In this document: positions 1 to 14,200 of the stretch, in pieces
How the letters are laid out: each line of letters starts with the position of its first letter
Position numbering within the stretch: position 1 is the first letter of the stretch
Made by a program: the position numbers and the translations under genes
The notes under the pieces: model-generated
The model's database searches: none
The model's input: the letters and a program-made list of their open reading frames with translations, nothing else
Told to the model about the DNA's origin: nothing
Source of the DNA: Squalus acanthias
Taxonomy: Eukaryota
Reading direction: 5' to 3'
NCBI GenBank assembly: GCA_030390025.1
Contig: JASTWF010000244.1
Coordinates: 186,001-250,000 of the forward strand
DNA: 64,000 nucleotides

Positions 1-1410
1 GGTAGCTAATGTAAGCCCACTATTTAAAAAAGGTGGTAGAGAGCAAACTGGAATTATAGCCTGACATCGGTAGTGGGGAAAATGCTAGAGTCCATTATAA
101 AAGATGGAATAGCAGAGCACTTGGAAAACAGTGACAGGATCGGACAAAGTCAACATGGATTTACAAAAGGTAAATCATGCTTGACTAATCTACTGGAATT
201 TTATGAGGATGTAACTGGTAGGATAGATAAGGGAGAACCAGTGGATGTGGTGTATTTGGACTTTGAGAAGGCTTTCGATAAGGTCCCGCATAAGAGATTA
301 GTTTGCAAAGTTAAAGCACATGGGATTAGGGGTAAGGTACTGACTTGGATAGAGAACTGGTTGGCAGACAGGAAGCAAAGAGTTGGAATAAACGGGTCTT
401 TTTCTGAGTGGCAGGCAATGACTAGTGGGGTACCGCAGGGATCGGTGCTAGGACCCCAGCTATTCACAGTATATATTAATGATCTAGACAAGGGAACTAG
501 ATGTAATATCTCCAAGTTTGCAGACACGACAAAGCTGGGTGGGCGTGTGTGCTGTGAGGAGGATGCAGAGAAACTCCAGTATGATTTGGGCAGAAGCGTG
601 GCAGATGCAATATAACGTGGATAAATGCGAGGTTATCCACTTCGGTGGCAAAAACAGAAGACAGATTATTATCTGAACGGCAATAGATTGGGAAAAGGGG
701 AAGTGCAACGAGACCTGGGTGTCCTTGTGCACCAGTCGCTGAAGGTAAGCATGCAGGTGCAGCAGGCAAATGGTATGTTGGCCTTCATAGCGAGAGGATT
801 CGAGTACAGGAGCAAGGATGTCTTGCTGCAGTTGTACAGGGCCTTGGTGAGACCACACCTTGAGTATTGTGTGCAGTTTTGGTCGCCTTATCTGAGGAAG
901 GATGTTCTTGCCATGGAGGGAGTGCAGCGAAGATTCACCAGGCTGATACCTGGGATGGCAGGAATGACGTATGAAGAGAGATTGGGTCGATTAGGCTTAT
1001 ATTCGCTAGAGTTTAGAAGAATGAGAGGGGATCTCATTGAAACTTATAAAATTCTAACAGGACTAGACAGACTAGATGCAGGAAGGATGTTCCCGATGGC
1101 GGGGAGTCCAGAATCAGGGGTCACAGTCTAAGGATAAGGGGTAAGCCATTTAGGACTGAGATGAGGAGGAATTTCTTCACCCAGTGTGTGGTGAACCTGC
1201 GGAATTCTCTACCGCAGAAGGCAGTGGAGGCCAATTCATTATATATATTCAAGAAGGAGTTCGATATATTTCTTAAGGCTAAAGGGATCAAGGGATATGG
1301 GGAGAAAGCAGGGACAGGGTACTGAATTTGGATGATCAGCCATGATCTCATTAAATGGCGGAACAGGCTCGAGGGGCCGAATGGCCTACTCCTGCTCCTA
1401 TTTTCTATGT
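1..1410 (+). mobile_element. CR1-clade LINE, 3' part (RT remnant with frameshifts) and 3' tail
   Basis: ORFs 73-615 and 625-1131 carry [42 protein letters not shown] and LVRPHLEYCVQFWSP; ends in the CR1-type tail cctactcctgctcctattttctatgtt. Confidence 0.95.
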
Positions 1411-1852
1411 TACCCCATTCATATTTTATAATTGCTTCTCTTCACATTCCAAGTCAGGACTCGGTACTAGTGAGATACAGTTGCACATATGCACAAAGCG
1501 CAGTGCTAAATATCCTTGCATCTGCAATCACAATTTAAAATTTCTTGCCTCAGCCCTTCCCTGTATCGGCCAGCAATGTTAAAAGTGCATTTCTGGATTC
1601 AGACCTCAGCACTTTCAGCGCCATCATAACTGGTGACCGATGGGTACCACCTAACGAGGCTATTTGCATTTGCTGTCATCCTATGGAAGTGCCTATTATA
1701 GAAAGCGCTGGCTGTCGGGCACCATGATAACAATGTATCATAAATCCACATTTATTTTAACATTAGTAATCATTCTTTTCTAAAACAATTTGTCCTACTT
1801 TTTGTTAGGAAATTGATTTGTATACTGATAATTTTGGTCTTAATTATTGCAG

Positions 1853-2218
1853 AGGAAGGTGACCTAATTGTGTCGATGAATTCAAGAACCGTGAAAGCCA
1901 TTGTAAATGCAGATGTTGTTCTTGAATGCCAAGTGTCTGGTTACACGACTAAAGAAATTGATCTTAAAAACGTGGGAGTTCAGTGGTTCTTCCAAAAATT
2001 AGGTGCTCCAGATCCTACCAGACGAGAGGTGTATCAATTCATTGGTGGAAAACGTACACCATACAGAAAAGGAGCCACAATTTTTGATGATGATTTGAAG
2101 AGGGGAATTGCTTCCCTCTATCTTCCACGTGTGCAATTTACTGAAGAAGGAGATTACACCTGTGTTGTTTTTATAACTCCAGATAGTGGAGATGGAAAAT
2201 CGTCGATGACTGTTTCAG
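1853..2218 (+). CDS. Gene 1 IgV-set exon (B7-H6-like)
   Basis: ttattgcAG acceptor, G|GTAAG donor, 366 nt. VVLEC..GVQWF..RKGA..LKRGIASLYLPRVQFTEEGDYTCVVFITP parallels B7-H6 RPGA..[29 protein letters not shown]. Confidence 0.93.
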
Positions 2219-5200
2219 GTAAGAATCACCAAGAATGATTTCTTCCTTTGCTCATACAATCTGCTGAATTGCTGCTGCACTAAATTTAAAGCAGATCAGG
2301 CAAAGATATTCAATGATACCATATGCATGCAACTATAAGCAGTCCAGTTGTATTACTGTACTTTTTAATTTTTATAAAAGTAAATTGATTTAAGTATTGT
2401 TGGAGTTGGATCATTTTTTATGGGTATTTGAAGAGCCCACATTGAAACAATAAATGTTGACATAATTGCATGTATTGGTATAGTATTACAGGATAGCTCG
2501 TATGCATCCTGAGCAACTACCTCCCCCTCCGTCCCCCCCAACTTGGCATAATCATCTCGATCCTGAAGTATGTAGCACTTTATACTATATTCAGCCAATG
2601 CGCTGAATTCCTTCAAGGGAGAGCTAGGGCGGAGATCATCTCATACAAAAGGTAGGTACAGCATAACATTATCAGGGCCAAGGTGATGATCTGGACTATT
2701 TTCAATCATCTAAGGGGTCGGAGAGGAATTATCCAGATTTTTTTCTCCCCAAATTGGCCTGGGTTTTTATCTGTTTGTTTGCCTCTCCCAGGAGATCACA
2801 TAGTTTTGGGTAGGGTGGGGAGTGTATATATTGTGATGCACAAACTATCACAATTGTGTGGGACAGACTGATGGACCAGATGGTCTTTTCCTGTCTGTCA
2901 TTGTTTGTTAATCGACATGCACAATTCTGTCAACAAGGTACCATTTCAAACTTGGTGAGTTCCTGTTGTTAAATTTATTGGCGATCTATTGGTATACTAG
3001 CAGATTACCCATGGTATTGAGTTGGAGGTAATGCTGCTGCAAGAAAGGGAGGGGTACATATGGCCCCTTAAAGAATTTTGAAAGAAGATTGTGAGAGTTG
3101 AGCTCAGATAGTAAAGTAATTGTGTTTTCATTGATGCCTGGGAAATAAAATGCTTTCCTTACTGCAGGTAAAAAAATAAATGTTACCCTCAGTACCACTG
3201 GTACAAGTAAATAAGCCTGTGCATGGCAGGAGAAAGCTGGATAACGGGCAGTGAAATTCAGTGCACTATGTTTTTCCTATTGTTTTCCTTTGCATTAAAC
3301 TAGGAAATAGCAACATCATCAAGTGTCTGTTTTCTGTGGGTAGAGACATCTGATTATCCTATGTTCTGCTGATATAGTCCAAGAAATAATAGAGGCTTGT
3401 AAGAAAGGTACGGCTATAATCATGGGAGATTTTAATCTTCATATTGATTTGGACAAAGCAAATTGGCAAAGGTAGACTTGAGGACGAGTTCTTGGAGTGC
3501 ATGCGGGATGGTTTCTTGGAACAATACGTTGTGGAACCAACCAGGGAGCAGACTATTTTAAATCTGGTAATGTGTAAGGAGGCTGGATTAATTAATGATC
3601 TCGAAGTGAAGGATCCTCTTGGGAAGAGTGATCATAGCATGGTAGAATTTCAAATTCAGTTTGAGGGTGAGAAAGCTAGGTCTCAAACTAGTGTCCTGAA
3701 CTTAAATAAAGGTAATTACAAAGGTATGAAGGTTAAAGTGGACTGGGAAAATATATTACAGGGTAAGACTGTAGAAAAGCAGTGGCAAACATTTAAGGAG
3801 ATATTTCATAACTCTCAGCAAAGATATATTCCAGTGAGAAAGAAAGATTCTAAGAGAAGGATGAACCATCCGTGGCTAACTAAGGAAGTAAAGGATGGTA
3901 TCCAATTGAAAACAAAAGCATACAATGTTGCGAAGAATAGTGGAAGGCCAGAGAATTGGGAAATTTTTAAAAACCAGCAAAGGACGACTAAAAAATGATA
4001 GTGAGAGAAGATAGCTTATGAGAGTAAGCTAGCAGAAATATAAAAACAGACAGCAAGAGCTTCTACAGGTATATAAAAAGGAAGAGAGTAGCTAAAGTAA
4101 ACGTTGGTCCCCTAGAGGATGAGTCTAGGGAATTCATAATGGGAAACAGAAATGGCGGAGACTTTGAACAAATACTTTGTATAGGTCTTCATGGTAGAAG
4201 ACACTAAAAGCATCCCAATAATGGATAATCAAGGGGCTATTGGGGTTGGGGGGGAAACTTAAAACAATCACTATCACTAGAGAAAAAGTACTAGGCAACT
4301 AATGGGACTGAAGGTGAACACGTCCCCTGGACCCGATGGCCTGCATCCTAGGGTCTTAAGAGGTGGCTGCAGAGATAGTGGATGCATTGGTTGTAATCTA
4401 CCAAAATTCCCTGGATTCTGGAGAGGTCCCAGCGGACTGGAAAACCGCAAATGTAAAGCCCCTATTTAAGAAAGGAGGGAGACAGAAAGCAGGCAACTAT
4501 AGACCAGTTAGCCTAACATCTTTCATTGGGAAAATGCTGGAGTCCATCATTAAGGAAGTGGTAGCAGGACATTTAGAAAATCATAATATAATCAAGCAGA
4601 GTCAACATGATTTTATGAAAGGGAAATCATGTTTGACAAATTTGCTGGAGTTCTTTGAGGATGTAACGAGCAGGGTGGATGAAGGGGAACCAGTAGATGT
4701 CGTGTATTTGGATTTCCAGAAGGCATTCGATAAGGTGCCACATAAAAGGTTACTGCAGAAGATAAGAGCTCACTGGGTTGGGGGTAATATATTAGCATGG
4801 ATAGAGGATTGGCTAACTAACAGAAAACAGAGAGTCGGGATAAATGGGTCATTTTCAGGTTGGCAAACTGTAACTAGTGAGGTGCCGCAGGGATCAGTGC
4901 TGGGGCCTCAACTATTTACAATCTATGTTAATGACTCGGATGGAGGGACCGAATGTAATGTAGCCAAATTTGCTGATGATACAAAGATAGGTGGGAAAGC
5001 AAATTGTGTGGAGGATGCCAAGAATCTCCAAAGGGATGTAGATAGGCTAAGTGAGTAGGCAAAATCTTGCAGATGGAGTATAATGTGGGAAAATGCGAGG
5101 TTATCCACTTTGGTAGGAAAGATAAAAAAGCAAATTATTATTTAAATGGGGAGAGATTACAAAATGCTCAGGTACAGAGGGATCTGGGGGTCCTTGTACA

Positions 5201-8200
5201 TGAATCACAAAAAGTTAGCATGCAGGTACAGCAAGTAATTAGGAAGGCAAATGGAATGTTGGCCTTTATTGCAAAGGGAATGGAGTATAAAAGTAGGGAA
5301 GTCCTGTTACAACTGTAGAGGGTGTTGGTGAGACCACACCTGGAGTACTGCATACAGTTTTGGTCTCCTTATTTAAGGAAGGATATACTTGCATTGGAGG
5401 CAGTTCAGAGAAGGTTCACGAGGTTGATTCCGGAGATGAAGGGGTTGTCTTATGAAGAAAGGTTGAGCAGGTTGGGCCTATACTCATTGGAGTCTAGAAG
5501 AATGAGAGAGGATCTTATTGAAACATATAAGATTCTGAAGGGGCTTGACAGGGTAGATGCAGAGAGGATGTTTCCCCTCGTGGGGGAATCTAGAACTAGG
5601 GGGCATAATTTCAGAATAAGAGGGCACCCATTTAAAATTGAAATGAGGAGGAATTTCTCTGAGGGTCGTGAATCTTTGGAATTCTCTTCCCCAGAGAGCT
5701 GTGGAGCTGGGTCATTGAATATATTTAAGGTGGAGATAGACAGATTTTTGAAAGGTAAGGGAGTCAAGGGTTATGGGAAGCGGGCAGGGAAGTGGAGTTG
5801 AGGCCAAGATCAGATCAGCCATGACCTTATTGAATGGCGGAGCAGGCTCGAGGGGCTAAGTGACCTACTCCTGCTCCTACGTCTTTTGTTCTTATGTTCC
5901 CCTGCACACCTTTCACCTCCATTGTGAGGAAAGGATATTTTCAGCTCCAGACATTTCAATGTGCAGTCATTACTTGACCTCATAGGATGTAAAAGGGTGA
6001 AAAAACTACTAGTATTAAATGCCTAACATCTGTTCTATTGATTTTCACAGCCACACCACAGGCGAAAATATCTTCAACCGCTATCACAATTGAGAATGGT
6101 ACAGAGAAGTATGTGAAGTGTGAGAGTTTTGGCTTTTATCCTATTACAATTGCGATGAATTGGGTAGAGAAAACACAAGATGGGGAACAAAACATTTTCA
6201 AACATATCTGCACGGGATCCCCAGTTAAAAATGATGATGGAACCTACAACGTTGCTAGCCGTTTGAGGCTGCGGCCAACACTCAAAGACAGCGGTAATAC
6301 TTATATATGTTACGTGAAACATCGATCACTTACTGAAGATTTAAAATTGACGACGCAACTGACTGTCAAAGGTAAGTTTTGTGTTTGATGCTGCCCACAT
6401 GAAGTCTTGTTTGTGTTAGAAAATGTAGATATAAAATGAAGACTGAAATTTTCCTGAGAGATAATAGTGCATGAAAGCTTAATGTGTTCATCTGAAATTA
6501 TTCTGCGGTTTGGGGTTAATAGCTTTGATAAAATAGCAGAGAGGGTTGTTGTTGTTTCGTATGACGGGAAAAGCTTATCATGGGGTCTAGTTTGGCGAAC
6601 CGTTCAATGGCCTCCCGAGATGCTAAGTGGAGAAATGAGGTCTTAGAGGGCAGGTTGATGTGATGTGTTCCATGGTCTGGGACTCATGGCCACAGTCGCA
6701 TTTCTGGTCATCCCTCATCTTCCACTGCATCGTCCATGCCCTGTGCGGATTAGGTTGAGCGCTGTCCACTGGGAGGGCGAAGCCAGGGACCTCTGCTGTT
6801 GGGTCAATGATGAAGTGTTGGTTCTTTATGTTTCATGGGTCCCACGATTCCGTCCATCTGGATAGTGGGTCGATACCAGCAGCATTAATATTGGCTGCTG
6901 TTTCCCAGAATGGCCGGCATGATTTTAAGTGCAGCAGAGAGGGTAATTTCAGGTGAATGCAATAAGTATTTGTGTGCTAGATGCCCACAGGATAAATTCA
7001 AGCTGAAGAGATTTTTTTTTTTTATTCATATATTTTAAACTGGAAATTCAGTGCTCCTGTTTTGGTAATTGTGCTAGGAGCACAAAACAATCTAAAATTC
7101 ATATTAACTAATTGACTCTTGTTAGAAGTTTGTGTTTGTGGAGTTTGACTGTAAAGGTCTCCACAATTGAATAGTCTGCCAAATCTGAGTGTCAAGGCTG
7201 GCACATCAACAGTGGTTGCTTGAGTGAGGTGTTAGATGATGACCATAGCCCATGGAACCTTCTGCAGGAGTTGAAGGAAGAAACTTGGCATGGGGAAAAA
7301 AAGATACAAAAATGCAGAGGGCATTTCAATAATTCCTATTATACAATGTGAGCTGCCTTTCTGTAGGTGTGACTCAAAGCCATTTTGAAAATCACCTTTG
7401 TAGGGATAAAACATTAAAATAATGTCCCAATACTATATTCTGTGGCATTTACATACCACATATTCATACTCTGTGACTCCATAGATATACTAACAACATT
7501 AATATGGTGTGTGATTTACTGTTTGTGGCTACATGGAAAGAAATGTCACTCACCAGTTTGGTTCCATACGGTAGGTTGTACCTGCCAATACTGTCAAAAG
7601 TTGCTGAACATGAAAATCTTGTGGCAGACAAGGGTAGTTGTGATAGAAGCAGAGCTCAGTCATGCCTCAAACAGGAAATTTTCTCATTTTTTAATCTTTC
7701 ATTCAATAAAATAATATGCATTTAAAATGGAATTTAGTTAGCTGTAGCTGAGATATGAGCTCTTTTGATTTGGTGTTGAAGGAGAAGAAAAATATACTAA
7801 ACTGCCTAGACATCATCCACATGTCCTGGGGGCCACTTGCACCCAGCCTGTTCAGTTGCCTGCATTTGCAAGTTAATCTCATGGTTTTTGAAATGTTAAT
7901 GTATATAAGTTTACAGATTGAGAGAGAAATGGATTATCTCTAATGGCTGAACCATCAAGAATATTCCATTACACAAAGAAAATACTGCAGATGCTGGAAA
8001 TCTGAAATAAAAACAGAAAATTCTGGAGATACTCAGCAGGTCAGGCAGCATCTGTGAAGAGAGAAACAGAGTTAACGTTTCAGGTCGATGACCTTTCGTC
8101 AGAACTGGAAAAAAGCAGGAAATGGAACAGATTTTAAAGCAAGTTTAGGGGCTGGGAAAAGGGGGATGGGGATGAAAGAACAAAAGGGAAGGTCTGTGAT

Positions 8201-11200
8201 GGGATAAAAGGCAGGAGAATTAAAGAGAGATTGAGAGATTCAAGGCAAAAGGAGATGGTAATGGGACAGGTTAAGAAACAAAGGATGGCTCTAGATGAAG
8301 TGTAAATTGCGCTGGCAGAATGAAAGACAGCTGCCATGTGGGAGAGAAGAACAAAAGGCACAAACAAAAAGTGTGGATAAAAAATATATATATGATAGGG
8401 GCCGAGGTTATGATCTGAAATTGTTGAACTCTATGTTGAGTCCAGAGGGCTGTACAGTGCCTAATCGAAAGATGAGGTGCTGTTCCTCGAGCTTACGCTG
8501 AGCTTCCGTGGAACAATGCAAGAGGCCGAGGATGGTGAGGTGGGAGTGGGGCGAAGAATTAAAGTGACAGGCCACCGGGAGCTCGGGGTCCCCCTTACGG
8601 ACTGAACGGAGGTGTTCTGCAAAGCGGTCACCCAATCTGCGTTTGGTCTCCCCAATGTAGAGGAGACCACATCGTGAGCAGCGAATACAGTATACTAAAT
8701 TGCAGGAAGTACAAGTAAATCGCTGTTTCACCTGGAAGGGGTGTTTGGGGCCATGGACAGTGGGAAGGGGGGAGGTATAAGGGCATTTGTTGCATCTCCT
8801 GCGCTTGCACGGGAAGGTGCCGGGCGAAGGGGAAGGGTTGCTGGGGGTGATAGAGGAGTGGACTAGGGTGTCGCGGAGGAAGCGGTCCCTGCGGAATGCT
8901 GAAAGGGGAGGTGAGGGGAAGATGCGTTTGGTGCTGGGGTCACGCTGGAGGTGGCGGAAATGGTGGAGGATGATCCGTTGAATGTGGAGGCTGGTGGGGT
9001 GAAAGGTGAGGACAAGGGGAACTCTATCGTGGTTCCGGGAGGGAGGGGCAGGGGTGAGGGCAGAAGTGTGGGAGATAGAACAGACACGGTCGAGGGCCGT
9101 GTCAACCACAGTAGAGGGGAATCCTCGGTTGAGGAAAAAGGAAGACATTTCGGAAGCACTGGTATGGAAGGTGGGATCGTCGGAGCAGATGCGGCGGAGA
9201 CGGAGAAAGTGGGAGAATGGAATAGAGTCCTTACAGGAGGTGGGGTGGGAGGAAGTGTAGTCCAGGTAGCTGTGGGATCAGTGGGCTTGTAGTGAATGTT
9301 TGTCACTAACCTATCCCCAGAGATGGAGACGGAGAAGTCGAGGAAGGGAAGGGAAGAGTCGGAGATGGACCATGTGAAGGTGAGGGAAGGGTGGAAATTG
9401 GAAGCAAAGTGAATGAAATTGTCTAGTTCAGGGCGAGAGCAGTCATCAATGTACCGGAAAAAGAGGTGAGGGAGGAGACCCGAGTAGGATTGGAACAAAG
9501 AGTGTTCCACATATATCACGAAAAGGCAGGCATAGCTAGGACCCATGCTGGTACCCATAGCAACATCTTTGATTTGGAGGAAATGAGTGGAGTCAAAGGA
9601 GAAGTTGTTCAATGTGAGAACAAGTTCAGCCAGGCGGAGGAGGGTGGTGGTGGATGGGGACTGGTTGGGCCTCTGTTCAAGGAAGAAGCAGAGCGCCCTC
9701 GGGCCATCCTGGTGGGGGATGGAGGTGTAGAGGGATTGGACGTCCATAGTGAAAAGGAGGCGGTTGGGGCCTGGAAACTGTTAAAGTGGCGGAGCGTGTC
9801 GGAAGAGTCGCGGATGTAGGTGGGAAGAGACTGGACAAGGGGAGAAAAAATAGAGTCGAGATGGGAAGAGATAAGTTCCGTGGGGCAAGAACAGGCTGAA
9901 ACGATGGGTCTACCAGGGCAGTCCTGTTTGTGGATCTTGGGAAGGAGGTAGAAGCGGGCTGTGCGGGGTTGGGGAACTGAGGTTGGCGGCCGTGGGGGGA
10001 AGATCTCCAGAGGAGATGAGGTCAGTGACGGTCTTGGAAACGGTGGCTTGATGTTCGGTAGTGGGGTCATGGTCCAGGTGGAGGTAGGAGGAGGTGTCGG
10101 AGAGTTGGCGTTCAGCTTCCGCTAGGTAGAGGTCGGTTCGCCGAACAACAACAGCACCACCCTTGTCAGCAGGTTGTTTAGTTCCACCACCCCTCTTAAA
10201 ATTCTCATTGGATTGAGAGAGCAAATTCCATTGTTGTTGAAGTTTTAATATGCATTGTTTCAGGCTTTGGCTGGCGTGAGACCCAGGTAATGGGTGTCAG
10301 ATTGCTTATTAGTATATCCTGCCAGTACTTTGTCTTTCATCTTGCATGTTGAAACCTGTCTTTCGAATCTCCGATAAGTGAGGGGGTTTTCCTCCTACAT
10401 TAGACCCTTGTTTTAACTGCCCCACCCAATTTGTCACTGTGCCAGCGTGGCCCTTATCACCAAGGCACACCTTGATGCCTCTCACTCCCATGCCTCTGGC
10501 ACCTTCTCCTTCGAGCACCTTGTTCAGTTCCACCCCTCTTAAAATTCTCATTGGATTGAGAGAGAGAAAATACAATCTTTCTTTCCCTCTCTTTATTTCT
10601 CTCTTCTGTACCTGATTTGACATTGAATTGACCCACTCGATTTCACCCTCCTTCTCAGTCCTTCCTCTGTTTATTTCTCATTCCTTAAATCTCATTGGTT
10701 AAGGAGATGCACTGTTTGTCCTGTTCCCAGATGCCCTGTTGCCCTTGCTGCACCGTTATCAGCTCACATTTATAGTAAATTTTCTTTAAACATGCACCAA
10801 CAAGTCTAACTAACGAAGCGTGCTGCCCCACTCTGGCAAAATCTGGCCCCAGTACCTTTTGAACTTGATCAACCTTCCCAGCATGCCTTCTAAACTGTGA
10901 CAGTTCTGTGTTCTATCCTTCATTGTTAATACTTTCTGTTAAGCACTCTGGAACCCTCTAGCCTTAATATTGACTTTACTAACTTCAGCTCCCATTTTTT
11001 TTCTTGGTCAGAAGGTACTGGTGATGTGGGATGGGTATGCTGGTGTTTCCAGGAGGTAGGGAATGCTCCACTGGCGCGGCAGCCTGCACTCTTGGTGTCA
11101 ACCTGCTTATATTTTCCCAGGTTCCGGAGCTGCTGGACTCGACTCCGCTTTGCCAGTTTTCTGTGCTTTAATTTATACATGCCTAACCTCCCACAGCCTC

Positions 11201-14200
11201 AGCTATTCACATGTTCTCTGTGTAATGGAATTTCATTTACATTTTATTGATTTCTCTCATTATGCTTCCTATTGTCTGATTCTCTGCCCTTCCATTTGTT
11301 CTGTTCCTTTTTAAATGCTGTTCATTTGTTTCAGTAATGTTTTAATCCATTACTCAGATGGTCTTTTGCACTCATGATTCCTCTCTGGATTTGCAGTTTA
11401 AAAAAATATACTTTTTTTTCCCCATCCCTTCTAATTGTATAATTGTATTAATATCCCTGTCTGCCTCTTCTCTGTTTTGAGGGCGGTTCAGCACGCAAAA
11501 CGCTAACTTGCCGGTTCTCTCCATAGATCCTGCTTGATCTGCTGCATGTTTGCAGCATTTTCTGTTTTTGTTTCAGATTTCTAGTATCTGGACACTTTTT
11601 TTGGTTTTTATTTTTTAATTGATGTCATTTGCTTTTGGTGTGCAGTACAGTGTACCATGAATTAAGAAAGCTACATTGCTGTAACATTTTCATTTCATAA
11701 AAGTAAACCATTGTGAAGATTTTTTTTAAATCTGCAAATTCTGGAGCTCAAGTCAAATCAAGAAATGCTGAAAAGATGCAACAGGCTGACCAACAGCTGA
11801 GGGAGATAGGTTAATGTTAATCAGAACTCTGAAGAACCTTCAACCTGAAATGTTAACCTTTCTCTATCAACTTGTGCATTCGTAGTGTGTTTTGTTTTAC
11901 TTTAAGGTAAATCAATGTCTTGGAATAAGACTTAATTTGCAGATGTTGCTCTATTTTGCTATTCACTGTTCAAATGAACGTTGTGTGTTTTACCTACAGA
12001 GCCAGAGGTTGTTATACCAGCGGGAATAATAGCTGGAAGTGTATTTGTTAGTGTATTGATGTGTGTGGCAATCGTGGGCATTGGATTTTTTATGTACCTG
12101 AAATTTCTCAGAAAAGGTAAAATTTCACTTCTATACACTTTAGAAATGTAAGAAGCATATAATATGATCTTTCAAAACAGTCTTGATTGAGCTCTTTCTC
12201 TGCGTCTCACTCATTTATTTGATACATTTCCCCTTGTGAAGCTGAACTATCAGATAATCCTTGATCTGTATCGAGTTAGCTCTTCTCTGTCGGAGTTTTT
12301 GTTTTAAAGTGCTTTTCTTGGGGCTGGGCAGCTACGGGTTTGTTGCGAGGTCAGTCTAAAATTATGGGCTCCATTGCATTGTCTGCAACAAGCAGCTTCT
12401 TCCCATGAGTGATGTCGCTGCAGCTTGTAGGCAAGGAGACCCAATACAGTGCATCTGTTCAAATAAGAAACTTTAGGTTTAAAATAAAATGAGGCAAATG
12501 TTTATAAACATAATTTGCAAATAGTCAATGGAGAGTACTGTGAACAAAGTAATAGCCCAGACTTTTCTTCCCCTTTTAAGTTACCAAACTCCACATTTAA
12601 AAAAAAAAGTGTTTTATTTTGCATTTGACTGAATATTACTTTGCGTCTCCCATGATGTTGCTCATGGTGAGTGTTCTTATCTCTTGATCTTTGTCTCTGA
12701 TTCGGTTGTGTTGATCTGTCTGTTCACCGCAATAAGTCTGTTTTTGCGCAGCTGATGTGTCTCTATTTTGTCATCTCTCTCCCTTTTTGGAGGTTTGTGT
12801 CTCACCATCACTGTGGTGTTTGTCTGCCTGATCTCCATGTCCCCTGATCTTTCTCCCCAGACTGTGTGCCTACCTGATTTGTCTCTGTATCTAGCTTTTT
12901 CTTGGATGATCTTTCTTGCTATGTTTCTGGCATCCATCATGCATTACTTATCTCTGCTGTTATGTTTCTTCACTGATTTCTGTCCTTGTGCCCTGATGTT
13001 TCTCTCTCTTTGCCTTAGCTTGTCTTTTTGTCTCTAATCTGTCTATTTGTGTCTCTCTACTTCTCATACTTGTATTTTAACTTCGAGATGCTGATGATTA
13101 TTATGGGCAAGGCACATTTGATCCAACAAGGAACAGCTTATTTCATTTCATATTTAGTGATATATTAAACCTACTGTTGTGTTGTCATGTAGATATTTTT
13201 ATTCCAGTAATAGTTATGTTTAGTCATAGAATGGATTCATGCTGATATTTTTGAAGTGACAGGAAGACCTTGTGGCAAAGAATGGATAAACTTCTAAGTG
13301 TTTTTCAAACTTTTTTTTTTTAGTTCCTCCAAAAGTTTCTGATATAAGCAAACCTCCACGGATTATACATTTGCAAAAAGCTCTTCTGAATTGTCAGATT
13401 TCTGGGTATAGGCCTGAGAACATTTCTGTTCACTGGTTCCTAAAAAGAAAAGGAGAAACGAAACCAAATGAGATTTACCAGTGGATTCATGAACCTAGGA
13501 ACCTACCGGAACCTGTACAAGCTGACCAGCAGAAACTTATTTCAGAAAATGGATGTCAATTTGATGAGCAAGATGGATCCTTCAGGTTTGAGATGCCAGC
13601 TGTCGAACACAACAGTGATGGTAGCTCCAGTGTGAAGTGCAAAGTTATACTACAGCCTGATATTTATAAAGACGATGAAGCTATCCTCAGGATACAAGTT
13701 CAACATAGCACTCTTGGAAAGCCTATTACAGTATTAAGGAGATCACACTGAAAGTTGAAGGAAGTAAGTGTAAATTACAAGTGATACCAAGCGAACATAA
13801 CTGGAGAATTTTTGTTTATAAAGAGATATATCTGTTCATTTATTTTGACACAGATGAAACTACCTTGTTATAGAATGGTTTCCGGAAGATTGTGGGTGAA
13901 ATGACCCACCATTACACAAACTGGAAAACTTGTCACTGCCACTTAAGCCCCAAATTGCCTGGCTATTTATATATTTTATCCAACTCATTCTGTAAACTCT
14001 GAGCTGCCTCCTCTTATTCCTCTGCAATCCTAGTGTTTAATTTTAACCTTGCATTAAGAGCAGTTGTGCAACAGATGCAGTAGGATCACAAAATTTGGAG
14101 GGCAGGTTCTATATTGTTAGATACTGGTCTATAATTCAGCATTCTTGTGCATTTAGTCAGATGAAGTACTTGTGCACATTTTGTGTCTTGGTGTCATTTA

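Noticed and set aside
6051-6371. MHC class I/II or tapasin gene
   Set aside because: No peptide-binding-domain exons or tapasin N-terminal domain seen; V-C1-TM with a CxVxxTP F-G loop fits B7-H6 better. Tapasin-like affinity is not formally excluded without a tree.
12650-13070. Hydrophobic ORF 12768-13037 as a second TM segment that would return the C1 array outside
   Set aside because: It is CT/GT-rich low-complexity intronic sequence that translates to L/S/F/C by composition; no convincing splice sites in phase.
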